Source: an uncultured virus (IMG/VR IMGVR_UViG_3300045912_000307) (lineage: Duplodnaviria > Heunggongvirae > Uroviricota > Caudoviricetes). From it: a stretch of 64,000 nt of DNA. How positions within the stretch are numbered: position 1 is the stretch's first letter; the number at the start of each line of letters is the position of its first letter. Location of the stretch: IMG/VR virus record IMGVR_UViG_3300045912_000307; one strand, 5' to 3'. The notes under the pieces were generated by a model, which was not told the origin of the DNA, did not search any database, and was given only the letters and a program-made list of their open reading frames with translations. This document shows positions 38,774 to 48,287 of this stretch, one piece after another. The position numbers were made by a program, and so were the translations under genes.

Positions 38774-39750
38774 CAAAAGATGAGATTTTAAAAAGAGTTA
38801 CAGAGAAAGAAATAATGGAATACTATTTAGGTTATAGATTAGTCGAGAATAAACCTAGATATAGAAATCCATTAAGAGTAGATACTAAAGGTACTTGTTA
38901 TACTAAGTATTATAACAATAAATACATGTTTGTAGATCCTGCTGATAATGATTATTCTTTTGATTGTTTTAAACTTGTTATGGACTTGTATAACTTAAGT
39001 TTTAGAGGAGCTTTAAATAAAATAACTAAAGACTTAAGTTTAATAAGCAAACCAGTATTAAGCGATTTAAGAATAGAAATTAATTCTCAGAATTTAAGAC
39101 GATCTAATTTTAAAGTAATTACAAGAAATTATAATAATCAAGACTTATCATTTTGGCAACAATTTGGTATTACATTAAGTACTTTAGAAAAATTCAATGT
39201 CAAAGCTGTTAAAGAGTATTACTCTGATACAGATAATTCTACTAATATGAGATTAGTATATAAGTATAAAGCAAGTGATCCTTGTTATTTATACTTCTTT
39301 AAGAAAAGAAAAATAAGGGTTAAATTATATAGACCATTAAATAAAGAAAAGAAATGGGCATCTAATACTAATATAGAAGATGTATTTGGTCACGATCAAT
39401 TACCTGAAAAAGGTGAATTACTTATTATTGCTTCAGGTTTAAAAGACTTAATGTGCTTATATGAAGCAGGATTTAATGCTGTAGCACCTCAATCTGAATC
39501 TATTATGATTACTGAAAACTTGATTAATGAGTATTTCAGTAGATTTGACAAAGTCATTAGCATACTAGATAATGATAATACAGGTGTTAAGTATATGCAG
39601 AAATACAAAGACAAGTACAATATAGACTATATAGTTTTACCAGATACTTATGGTAAAGATGTAGCAGATTTAGCAAAACATTTAGGTGTTAATTTTTTAA
39701 CTAATTTTATTAACAATGAACTCACAAAACAACAATACAGTTACTGCTGA
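38770..39750 (+). CDS. dnaG: DNA primase (TOPRIM)
   Basis: N-terminal NPLR.D domain; LIIASGLKD.MCL, DND.TG, GKDVAD. Confidence 0.88.
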   Translation: MTKDEILKRVTEKEIMEYYLGYRLVENKPRYRNPLRVDTKGTCYTKYYNNKYMFVDPADNDYSFDCFKLVMDLYNLSFRGALNKITKDLSLISKPVLSDLRIEINSQNLRRSNFKVITRNYNNQDLSFWQQFGITLSTLEKFNVKAVKEYYSDTDNSTNMRLVYKYKASDPCYLYFFKKRKIRVKLYRPLNKEKKWASNTNIEDVFGHDQLPEKGELLIIASGLKDLMCLYEAGFNAVAPQSESIMITENLINEYFSRFDKVISILDNDNTGVKYMQKYKDKYNIDYIVLPDTYGKDVADLAKHLGVNFLTNFINNELTKQQYSYC

Positions 39751-40078
39751 ACAAGCTCAAGAAAGAATCAATATGGCTTATGAAATGCTTAAGCTAAATG
39801 AAAAAGAATTACTTAATCATAAACTACAATTAGAAGTAGCTAAGCTTAGAGAAGAAATAGCTAACTACAGCTTTCATAATGCTATTAGTATGTATACTCA
39901 TATGAGTACAATGTACCATGAAAATGAAGCAGGACGACTTATTTATGAAGGTTATCAAGATCCAGAAGAACGTGCTAAAATGAGTAATCATTTACTAAAG
40001 AATTGTAAAATGATATTAGATACATTTAAAAATGAAAAGAGCGACTCTATTAATTCCAATTCCAATCCTCAAACTTAA
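39716..40078 (+). CDS. hypothetical protein
   Basis: 120-aa ORF. Confidence 0.7.
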   Translation: MNSQNNNTVTAEQAQERINMAYEMLKLNEKELLNHKLQLEVAKLREEIANYSFHNAISMYTHMSTMYHENEAGRLIYEGYQDPEERAKMSNHLLKNCKMILDTFKNEKSDSINSNSNPQT

Positions 40079-40220
40079 TATTGGAGATACTGTATACATT
40101 GATTGGGATAAAGGTATAGGTAGTTATGTTTTAATTAAAGATAAATGGCACTTTATAGCAATGGGTTCTGATATAGACATATATGATAATCTATATTTTG
40201 AAATAGATAAAGATGAATGA
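40032..40220 (+). CDS. hypothetical protein
   Basis: 62-aa overlapping ORF. Confidence 0.55.
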   Translation: MKRATLLIPIPILKLNIGDTVYIDWDKGIGSYVLIKDKWHFIAMGSDIDIYDNLYFEIDKDE

Positions 40221-41016
40221 AAGAAACGAAGTCTTATCAAAGTGGTTATTAAAACTTAACTACACTAGTAACAATTTAATAGATAATATAAAAGCTTTTC
40301 AAAGAGATAATAATTTAGTAGTAGATGGTATAGCAGGACCTATTACTTTAAGACATCTTAGTCAAAAGTTAGGACCTTATTCTTTAGTTACTACAACTGT
40401 TGATCTTTATAATAAATCAGGTTCTAGTTTTACTTTAAGATCAGATGCTTCTAATTACTTTAGAGACTTTTATAAAGAAATCAAAAATAATGGTGGTGTA
40501 GTTACAAGTGCTGGTTCACTTAGAGCTTTAAATGCTCCTGTATCTGTAGGGAGATCTGCTACTAGTTTACATTATTTAAGTGTAGCTTTTGATTTATCTA
40601 CTATATCAGGTATGGTTAATCCGGAAACTGATCCTTATGTAATAGAGTTAAATAAAGATGGTTATTGGACTGTATGGTGTAGATCAGATAAAGGAGAATT
40701 GAGAACTATTAATAATCCTTATACTTATATTACTTATAAAACAGGTACTAGAAAACCTATTACAGATAAGTTTATTAATTTCACTGAAATAGCTAAGAAG
40801 TATGGTTTTATGCCTGTTAAACCTTGGAGTACTTTCTTTACTACAGGTTCTATGATGACTGCTGAATGGTGGCACTTTCAAAACGAATGGTGTTTAATGC
40901 CTCAGTATTCTACTTTAGGTGAAGAATTACAGAAGGTATATACTAGACAACAATTAGAGAATACACCTCCTATGAGATTTGCTAACGTTATTTGGAAAGT
41001 AAATTGGTTCGGATGA
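40213..41016 (+). CDS. endolysin: PG-binding domain + M15-type zinc peptidase
   Basis: IKAFQRDNNLVVDGIAGP.T; S.H....AFD; EWWHFQ. Confidence 0.88.
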   Translation: MNERNEVLSKWLLKLNYTSNNLIDNIKAFQRDNNLVVDGIAGPITLRHLSQKLGPYSLVTTTVDLYNKSGSSFTLRSDASNYFRDFYKEIKNNGGVVTSAGSLRALNAPVSVGRSATSLHYLSVAFDLSTISGMVNPETDPYVIELNKDGYWTVWCRSDKGELRTINNPYTYITYKTGTRKPITDKFINFTEIAKKYGFMPVKPWSTFFTTGSMMTAEWWHFQNEWCLMPQYSTLGEELQKVYTRQQLENTPPMRFANVIWKVNWFG

Positions 41017-41264
41017 TACAATTAAATGAAGAACAGCATAAAAATGCTATAGTTTATAAACAGCTTTATATAGACGGTCCTTGTACTTTACTTTCTGAAT
41101 ATTCAGAAGTTGAAGAAGATTTTGAGTACATTACTCAAATTTATCAATGTAATAATAGTAATAAGAAATACAAAGTAGAAGGTTGTCTTACTTTAGGTAA
41201 ATATGGTTATTACTATGATAAAGATAATCAAATAGGTAGTGCGTATTATATAAATGAAATATAA
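41013..41264 (+). CDS. hypothetical protein
   Basis: ATGA-coupled start at 41013. Confidence 0.6.
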   Translation: MIQLNEEQHKNAIVYKQLYIDGPCTLLSEYSEVEEDFEYITQIYQCNNSNKKYKVEGCLTLGKYGYYYDKDNQIGSAYYINEI

Positions 41265-41567
41265 ATGATAACATGGGTAAGAAACTTGTTTAAGAAAAAC
41301 AAAGAAGATTTGATTTCTAAGTACGAGTTAGAAATTAAAGATTTAAAACTAGCTAATGAGATTCTTTATGAAAGAGTTAATTCTCTTCTTATTGAAATAG
41401 AAAGATTAATTGCTAAGTTAGAAAAACTTGAAGAAGAAAATAGTTTACTAAATACTTGGTTAAAAGGGAGTAAAGAAACTAAAGAAGATGAAGTTAAAAC
41501 AGAAGTAAATAAAGAGAATGATAATAAAACTACTAGAGTGAAGTCTAAATCGAAATCAAATAGTTAG
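41265..41567 (+). CDS. coiled-coil hypothetical protein
   Basis: Leucine heptads. Confidence 0.7.
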   Translation: MITWVRNLFKKNKEDLISKYELEIKDLKLANEILYERVNSLLIEIERLIAKLEKLEEENSLLNTWLKGSKETKEDEVKTEVNKENDNKTTRVKSKSKSNS

Positions 41568-41574
41568 TATAGTT

Positions 41575-41606
41575 AAGCAAAAGAGTATAATACTCTTTTG
41601 CTTTTT
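41575..41606 (+). terminator. palindromic terminator
   Basis: AAGCAAAAGAGTAT-A-ATACTCTTTTGCTT followed by a T tract. Confidence 0.7.
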
Positions 41607-41617
41607 AGTTTATAAAA

Positions 41618-42763
41618 ATGGACTTACTTAATAATCAATTTTTTACTGGAACACTGATGACAGGTTTAATAATGGGTGGTTTATACCAGCTTAGATCAGT
41701 GTTTAGATTTGCTATAAATAGAATAAAAAGAAAATACTCTTATACACATTCTATTAAACTATCTATAGATGCTATAAATGGAACAAGGTACTTTACTAAT
41801 ATTGCTTTAGAAACAATTGAAAAAAGATATGCTTATCTAAGTAAAAATAAAAGAACAATCATTGTAGATGAAATATCTACTTTACCAAATTCAGATGTGT
41901 TTTTTATTAGAAATAAATGGTATCACTTTCCTATTATAGTTTACATTGATTTAGCTAAGAGAGAACATACTACTATGGATGACTTTTCTATTACTTTTAC
42001 TGGGTATAGTAAAAAGTTAGTAGTAAATGAAGTTAATAGTTTATTAGAAGAAATAAATAACAATGTAAAGAACTATAAGTATAACAATGTTATATTTATA
42101 GATAATAGAACTTGTTTTGTTAATCCTAAAACTTACACAAGGTTAGTACTAGACAGTAAAGTAAAAGAAGAAGTTATAAATGACTTAGAGTACTTTTTAA
42201 ATAATAAAGACTTTTATGAAGATAGAAATATTCCATATACTAGAGGTTATTTATTATACGGTCCACCAGGTTGTGGTAAAACTAGCTTAATTAAAGCACT
42301 AGCTCATAAATACAAAATGAATATTACTACTCTTAAACTAAACAAAATAGATGACGAATATCTTAATCTTAACGATTCTATAGTTATTATAGAAGATATA
42401 GACACTTACTATAATAAAAGAGATAGTTTAAAAGAAAACATAGCACCTTTCTCTAAACTATTGAATCTTATAGACGGAGTTAATTCTTCATCAAAAAGAG
42501 TATTAATTATTACTACTAATAATTTAGATGCTGTAGATGAAGCTTTATTAAGACCAGGTAGATGTGATAAAGTAGTAGAGTTAAAGTACCCAACTAAAGA
42601 ACTAGTAGAAGAGTATTTATCTAACTTCTTTAATACTCAAATTAAACTAACTAATTACAACAAAAATCTATCTTATGCTTATTTACAAAACTTATGTTTA
42701 ACTAACAAAGACAATTTAGATTATGTTATTCAACAATTAGAATTAAATGATACTAATACCTAG
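41618..42763 (+). CDS. BCS1-like AAA ATPase with N-terminal TM
   Basis: IPY.RGYLLYGPPGCGKTS, IEDID, S.LLN.IDGV, TTN...D.AL.RPGR.D. Confidence 0.85.
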   Translation: MDLLNNQFFTGTLMTGLIMGGLYQLRSVFRFAINRIKRKYSYTHSIKLSIDAINGTRYFTNIALETIEKRYAYLSKNKRTIIVDEISTLPNSDVFFIRNKWYHFPIIVYIDLAKREHTTMDDFSITFTGYSKKLVVNEVNSLLEEINNNVKNYKYNNVIFIDNRTCFVNPKTYTRLVLDSKVKEEVINDLEYFLNNKDFYEDRNIPYTRGYLLYGPPGCGKTSLIKALAHKYKMNITTLKLNKIDDEYLNLNDSIVIIEDIDTYYNKRDSLKENIAPFSKLLNLIDGVNSSSKRVLIITTNNLDAVDEALLRPGRCDKVVELKYPTKELVEEYLSNFFNTQIKLTNYNKNLSYAYLQNLCLTNKDNLDYVIQQLELNDTNT

Positions 42764-43781
42764 ACACTATTACATGCCATTTGAATATCAAGATTTGTTT
42801 GATTTATCTATAGTACAAAGAGATGTTCATTGGGTAGAATCAGCTACACCTATGCAATCTGATGTTCAAAATTGGGAAAAGGATTTAACTCCTGCTGATA
42901 AAGAAGTAGTAGGCGGGATATTAAAGATGTTTACTCAAGCTGAAGTACTAGTAGGTGATTATTGGAGATTAGTTGCTAAATGGTTTCCTAAACCTGAAAT
43001 TGCAGCTATGGCTACTACTTTTAGTTACTTTGAAGCTATTCATCAAAAAGCTTATGCTCATTTAAATACTACTTTACACTTAGATGATTTTAAAGCATTT
43101 ATGCAAGATGAAACAAACATGAATAAACTAGATCTTTTATTTAAGAACCTAGATGTTATTGTGTTTGACGAACAAGATCATCAAGTGCTTAACTTAAATC
43201 TTTCTTATAATGAAATTGTAAAGTACAATCCTAAACTAGCTGATAAGTTAAAAAGAGTAGCTACTAGTTTAGCTGTATTTTCAGCATATACAGAAGGAGT
43301 ATTAATCTTCAGTTCATTTGCTGTACTATTAAGTTTTAAAACAAAGAACTTATTAAAAGGAGTAGGTAAAATTGTAGAGTATAGTATTAGAGATGAGAAT
43401 ATTCATAGTATAGGTGGTATTAACTTATTTAGAAAACTATGTAACGATATTCCTGGATTACATGAAGCTGTTAAAAATGATATTATTAATACTGAAAAAA
43501 TAGTAGTAGAACTAGAACATAAATTCATTGATAATGTGTTTGGTGATTATTCTAGTATAGCTACTCTTGATAAGAATGATTTAAAAGAATTTGTAAAGTA
43601 TAGAACAGTGCTTAAAACAAAAGAACTAGGTTATAGTTCAAATATAACTTATAATAAAGAAGCTATTAGTAGAATGAATTGGTTTGATGCTTTAAGTTCT
43701 GGACAACAATTTACAGATTTCTTTGATACAAAACCAACCGATTATACAGAAATAAACTATACAACTGAACAACTTTGGTAA
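42747..43781 (+). CDS. nrdB: ribonucleotide reductase class I beta subunit
   Basis: FTQAE, EAIH..AY, EG..IFSSF, RDE.IH. Confidence 0.93.
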   Translation: MILIPRHYYMPFEYQDLFDLSIVQRDVHWVESATPMQSDVQNWEKDLTPADKEVVGGILKMFTQAEVLVGDYWRLVAKWFPKPEIAAMATTFSYFEAIHQKAYAHLNTTLHLDDFKAFMQDETNMNKLDLLFKNLDVIVFDEQDHQVLNLNLSYNEIVKYNPKLADKLKRVATSLAVFSAYTEGVLIFSSFAVLLSFKTKNLLKGVGKIVEYSIRDENIHSIGGINLFRKLCNDIPGLHEAVKNDIINTEKIVVELEHKFIDNVFGDYSSIATLDKNDLKEFVKYRTVLKTKELGYSSNITYNKEAISRMNWFDALSSGQQFTDFFDTKPTDYTEINYTTEQLW

Positions 43782-46513
43782 TGATAAAAGGTATTGATTA
43801 TCCTGAATGGTTAACAGAAGAAGGTTTAACCACTTTAAAACGTCAGCATTTGCTTCCTGGAGAAACTCCTAATCAAATGTATAGTAGAGTAGTAAACTCA
43901 TTAGCAAGCTATCTAAAGCTAAATAATGAAGAAATAGAGGTAATTAAATCCAAGTGGTTAAGTTATTTACATAAGGGATGGCTATGTTTAGCTACACCTG
44001 TAGCAGCTAATACTGGTACTCAAAGAGGTTTACCTATTAGTTGTTATGTACTTAGAGTACCTGATAGTCTTGAAGGTATTTATGATAAAGCTAAAGAAAT
44101 GGCTTTATTAACTAAGATGGGAGGAGGAGTAGGTGTAACACTTGATAAAATTAGAGGTAGTGGTAGCCCTATTAGTACAGGAGGATTTAGTAGTGGTATA
44201 CCGCCATTTGCTAAAGTGTATGAATCTAGTATATTAGCAGCTAATCAAGGTGGTGTACGAAGAGGAGCAGCTAGTCTTAATTTACCTATTAGACATAAAG
44301 ATATTAAGTGGTTTCTTAATATGCGTAAGTCTAAGGGTGATATGAATAGACAATGTCCAGCTATTAATCACTGTGTTACTATTGACGATTACTTTATGCA
44401 AGATATAGAAAATGGTAATGCAGAAGCTAGAGAATTATGGGCAGAACTACTATCAGTTAGAATGAGTACTGGTCAACCTTATATATTCTTTTATCATAAT
44501 GTAAATAATAATAGACCTAAAGTATTTAAAGATAAAAACTTAAAAATTGATGGTACTAATATTTGTTGTTTAGCAGGCGATACAGAGGTTATTACTAAAG
44601 AAGGTATCTACAAGATAAAAGATTTAGTAGGTAAAGAAGTTACTATTTATGATGGTAAAAACTGGGTAAAATGTGATAATTTTAAAGAGTATAACGAAGA
44701 CGAGCTTTGGGAAATAACTTTAAAAAATGGACAAAAACTAAAAGCTAATGCTGATCATAGATGGTTTGTAGCAAATACCTATGAAAATATTCGTGATAAA
44801 CGATATAAAACAACAAAAACAATAGAATTAAAAGAAGGACAATGGCTTGAGGATTCTATAAAACAAGCAGAATATCATGGTGATAAAACTATGAAAGGAG
44901 CTTATTTAAAAGGATTTTTAATAGCAGACGGTACTTCTGATGAAAATGAACCGATACTTAACCTGCATTTTACTAAATATCAATGTGCCAATAAACTAAT
45001 AGAATCTTATTTAGAAATAGATAATGGAGTAAAGAATACAAATGCGATAGACACCGTTAGTTTTAGTGATGAGATTATTAATCCAAATCAGCTTGGAAAG
45101 CAACGCTTTAAAAGAATGAGAGGTTTAACAATTAAAAAAGATGATCTAATTAACTTTGCTTCTATTTATAAAAAAGAATTGCCGGATTTTAGAGATTTAG
45201 ATAAAGAATCTAAAATTGAATTTTTAAGTGGATTATTAGATGGTGATGGGACTTATACGACATCCGGTATACAAATTTCATCTATACATTTGGAGTTTAT
45301 TAAAGAGTTACAAAAACTAATCTTTAGTTTTGGATATAATGCTTCAATAGATGTCTGTGACTTTAAAGATAGAAATTCTATATACCGACTGACAATAGGT
45401 TCCTACGATTCCTATCAATTAATTCAAGAATTAAAATGCGTGCGATTAGAAATCCCTGAAATAGAACCTAATAGAAGAACTACTGGGCATAGACAAATCG
45501 TAAAAATTGAAAAACTTAATTATAAAGAAAAAGTATATTGTCCACAAATTCCAACTACTAAAAAGTTTCTATTAGCTAATGGAGTACTAACAGGTAATAC
45601 TGAAATACTTCTACCTCATCATTATGATTTAACAGTAGTATGTTGTTTATCTAGTGTTAATCTAGCTAAATGGGATGAGTTTAAAGATGATAATGAGTTT
45701 ATTATTAACTCTTTACTTTTTTTAGATTGTGTAATATCAGAATTTATTGATAGAGCTAAAGCATATCCTGGTACACAGAACGCTATTAGATTTGCAGAAA
45801 AATCAAGATCAATTGGATTAGGAGTATTAGGTTTCCATACTTATTTACAAGAAAATAACATACCCTTTGCTAGTATTACTGCTAGATCTATAGCAACTAA
45901 AATTAGTAAGTACTTTAAAGAACAAGGAGTTTTATACCAAGAAAAGTATTCAAAATTATTAGGAGAACCAGAATGGTGTAAAGGATATAATATGAGAAAC
46001 AGTACTTTGTTTGCTATAGCACCTACAACTACTAATGCTTTAATAAGTGGAGGAGTAAGTCAAGGTATAGAACCTATTGTATCAAATGCTTATGCTCAAC
46101 AAAGTGCTAAAGGTACGTTTATTAGAAAAAATCCTACTTTTCAAAAACTAATTGAAACTAAATATCCTCAGTATAATACTCCTGAAATGTGGAAAAGTGT
46201 AGAATTAGCTAAAGGATCTGTTCAGCATTTAGAATTTTTAGATAATGAAACTAAAGAAGTGTTTCTTACAGCTTATGAGATTAATCAACTTGAATTGATT
46301 AAGTTAGGTGCTATTTGGAATAATATGACAGATCAAGGTGTTAGTCTTAATTTATTCTTTCCACATGATGTAAATCCTAAATGGTTAAATAATTGTCATT
46401 TAGAAGCGTGGAGATTAGGTATTAAGACTTTGTATTATGTTAGGACAGAAAGTATAGCAAGTAGGTTAATGAGCGATAAAACATTTAGTAACTGTTTAAT
46501 GTGTGAGGGGTAA
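43781..46513 (+). CDS. nrdA: ribonucleotide reductase class I alpha subunit with intein
   Basis: TAATG-coupled start; ATPV..N, PISC, GGG.G, NIC[intein]TEI, APT, DQGVS.N, KTLYY, C-terminal CLMCEG. Confidence 0.95.
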   Translation: MIKGIDYPEWLTEEGLTTLKRQHLLPGETPNQMYSRVVNSLASYLKLNNEEIEVIKSKWLSYLHKGWLCLATPVAANTGTQRGLPISCYVLRVPDSLEGIYDKAKEMALLTKMGGGVGVTLDKIRGSGSPISTGGFSSGIPPFAKVYESSILAANQGGVRRGAASLNLPIRHKDIKWFLNMRKSKGDMNRQCPAINHCVTIDDYFMQDIENGNAEARELWAELLSVRMSTGQPYIFFYHNVNNNRPKVFKDKNLKIDGTNICCLAGDTEVITKEGIYKIKDLVGKEVTIYDGKNWVKCDNFKEYNEDELWEITLKNGQKLKANADHRWFVANTYENIRDKRYKTTKTIELKEGQWLEDSIKQAEYHGDKTMKGAYLKGFLIADGTSDENEPILNLHFTKYQCANKLIESYLEIDNGVKNTNAIDTVSFSDEIINPNQLGKQRFKRMRGLTIKKDDLINFASIYKKELPDFRDLDKESKIEFLSGLLDGDGTYTTSGIQISSIHLEFIKELQKLIFSFGYNASIDVCDFKDRNSIYRLTIGSYDSYQLIQELKCVRLEIPEIEPNRRTTGHRQIVKIEKLNYKEKVYCPQIPTTKKFLLANGVLTGNTEILLPHHYDLTVVCCLSSVNLAKWDEFKDDNEFIINSLLFLDCVISEFIDRAKAYPGTQNAIRFAEKSRSIGLGVLGFHTYLQENNIPFASITARSIATKISKYFKEQGVLYQEKYSKLLGEPEWCKGYNMRNSTLFAIAPTTTNALISGGVSQGIEPIVSNAYAQQSAKGTFIRKNPTFQKLIETKYPQYNTPEMWKSVELAKGSVQHLEFLDNETKEVFLTAYEINQLELIKLGAIWNNMTDQGVSLNLFFPHDVNPKWLNNCHLEAWRLGIKTLYYVRTESIASRLMSDKTFSNCLMCEG
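44567..45598 (+). mobile_element. intein with LAGLIDADG homing endonuclease (344 aa)
   Basis: N-terminal CLAGDTEV, block B ANADHRW, GFLIADG and FLSGLLDGDG, C-terminal ANGVLTGN|T. Confidence 0.92.
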
Positions 46514-46532
46514 CCCTTACACATTTTTATTT
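46498..46532 (+). terminator. intrinsic terminator
   Basis: AATGTGTGAGGG-GTAA-CCCTTACACATT followed by a T tract. Confidence 0.7.
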
Positions 46533-46552
46533 TATTTAATTAAAAACTAGTT

Positions 46553-47575
46553 ATGGAATTACCATTTGAACCTTATATCCTTAAATATTCTACTTCTTAC
46601 GTAAATAACCCATTAATGAGTGTATTAGTACCAATTCCTACAGTTAAATTAGCTGAATTAAGAACTCATAGGTTATTTACTCAACTAGATATAACACTAA
46701 ATACTAATGATAAAAAACTAAGTATTAATGCAAATAGTTCTAGAGCAATACCAATTAATAAGCAAATAGAAAGTACATTAAAGAATACTTTTACTCCTAT
46801 ATGGACTAGAAATAAGAAAGGTATGCAAGGAGATATAATTACTAATCAAAGTATTATTAATGAATTAAATGATAAATGGAAATGCTTATTAGCTGGTTCA
46901 TATACTGATAGTGATATTGAAGAGTTTATGAAATTTTTAGATAGTTTTAATATTCATAAACAAGATGCTTCTCTTATTCTTAATCCTTTTTCTTGGACTA
47001 CTTGTATTATTACTGGTGATAAAGAAGCTTGGGAAAATTTCTTTGAATTAAGATGTCCTAAATATCAACATGAATCAGGTAAAGAATATAAGTCTAAAAG
47101 AGAATATATAGACTTTTATCCTGATTCTAATTTAAGTGAAACAGAATGGAATAGTATTAATAAATCAATGACATATCCTGCTATACAAGTTATTGCTGAG
47201 AAGCTTTATGATTTGTATAAGTATAATAAACCTGAACAATTAGAACCTGGTGATTGGCATATTGTATTTGATGATCCAAACTTAAGTTTAAATGAACGAT
47301 TAGCGTTATCTATTTCTAAGTGTGCTTTAATTAGTTATGATAACCAAAACTTAAATCAAGATTTACAAACTCACCTTGATAGAGCTAATAAACTTATTAA
47401 TTCTAAACATTATAGTACTGCAGAACATCAATACAAAGTACCTACTAAAGAAGAATTATTAAGTGATGATTTTAAAGAGTATTATACTTATAAAGAAGGT
47501 ATTTATTACTATCATAGAGGAAAGTATGTTTCAAATATTAAAGGATGGATTCAGTATAGAAAACTACTAGAATAA
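46553..47575 (+). CDS. thyX: ThyX/Thy1-like flavin-dependent thymidylate synthase
   Basis: AEL.THR.F, S.NA.SSRAIP, HKQ.A..IL.PF, W.NFF.LR, H.S..EH. Confidence 0.75.
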   Translation: MELPFEPYILKYSTSYVNNPLMSVLVPIPTVKLAELRTHRLFTQLDITLNTNDKKLSINANSSRAIPINKQIESTLKNTFTPIWTRNKKGMQGDIITNQSIINELNDKWKCLLAGSYTDSDIEEFMKFLDSFNIHKQDASLILNPFSWTTCIITGDKEAWENFFELRCPKYQHESGKEYKSKREYIDFYPDSNLSETEWNSINKSMTYPAIQVIAEKLYDLYKYNKPEQLEPGDWHIVFDDPNLSLNERLALSISKCALISYDNQNLNQDLQTHLDRANKLINSKHYSTAEHQYKVPTKEELLSDDFKEYYTYKEGIYYYHRGKYVSNIKGWIQYRKLLE

Positions 47576-48276
47576 TGAGCTTATTAAATAAATCTAGATT
47601 TGATTTACAGTATAAAGCTGATTGGTCTAATATATTAGACTGTACTAACGTTAATAGTTTATTAAAGAAAATCAGTAGAGATTATAGTATTAAATCTCCT
47701 TTAGGACTAAGATTAAGTTGTTTAGATAACAATTCTTACTTAATACCACATCCTGTATTTATACTTAACGTTTTTAGGTTTACAGATCCTTATAATTTAA
47801 GATTTATACTTATTGTTGATAATATTCCTTTAGATAAGAATTACAAAGGAATTCCTTTAGATAAAAATATAGGATACACTACTACTATTAGTTCGCCGGA
47901 TGTAGTTACTGACAATTTAAAATATAATAATCTTAGTCAAAGTTTTAATATATATAAATGGATGAGTCAAGGGTGTTTACCTTTAGCTGTAAGTTTGACA
48001 AAAGACAATAAAGATATAGAAATATACACTGAATTATGGTCTGAGTTTATAGAAAAACTTTTACAAGAGTTAGATATTATATATGAAAATAAATTACCTG
48101 TTGTAACATTTGGTTTAAATGCTGCATGGTTAACTAGAAATTATAATTCTCCTGTGATTCAAATGCCTAAAGCTGTTAAGTACCCTAATGGAGAGTATGA
48201 TAAGTTTATTAAACATAAAGGTTTTGATACTCTTAATAAGTACTTAATAGATCAAGGTGATTGTTTTATATTTTAA
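47575..48276 (+). CDS. degenerate uracil-DNA glycosylase family protein
   Basis: UDG-like frame (NVFRFT, W.SQG.L.L..SLT, W..F, V.FG..A) but GQDPY and HPSP motifs are absent. Confidence 0.6.
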   Translation: MSLLNKSRFDLQYKADWSNILDCTNVNSLLKKISRDYSIKSPLGLRLSCLDNNSYLIPHPVFILNVFRFTDPYNLRFILIVDNIPLDKNYKGIPLDKNIGYTTTISSPDVVTDNLKYNNLSQSFNIYKWMSQGCLPLAVSLTKDNKDIEIYTELWSEFIEKLLQELDIIYENKLPVVTFGLNAAWLTRNYNSPVIQMPKAVKYPNGEYDKFIKHKGFDTLNKYLIDQGDCFIF

Positions 48277-48287
48277 AATTTGAAAAA

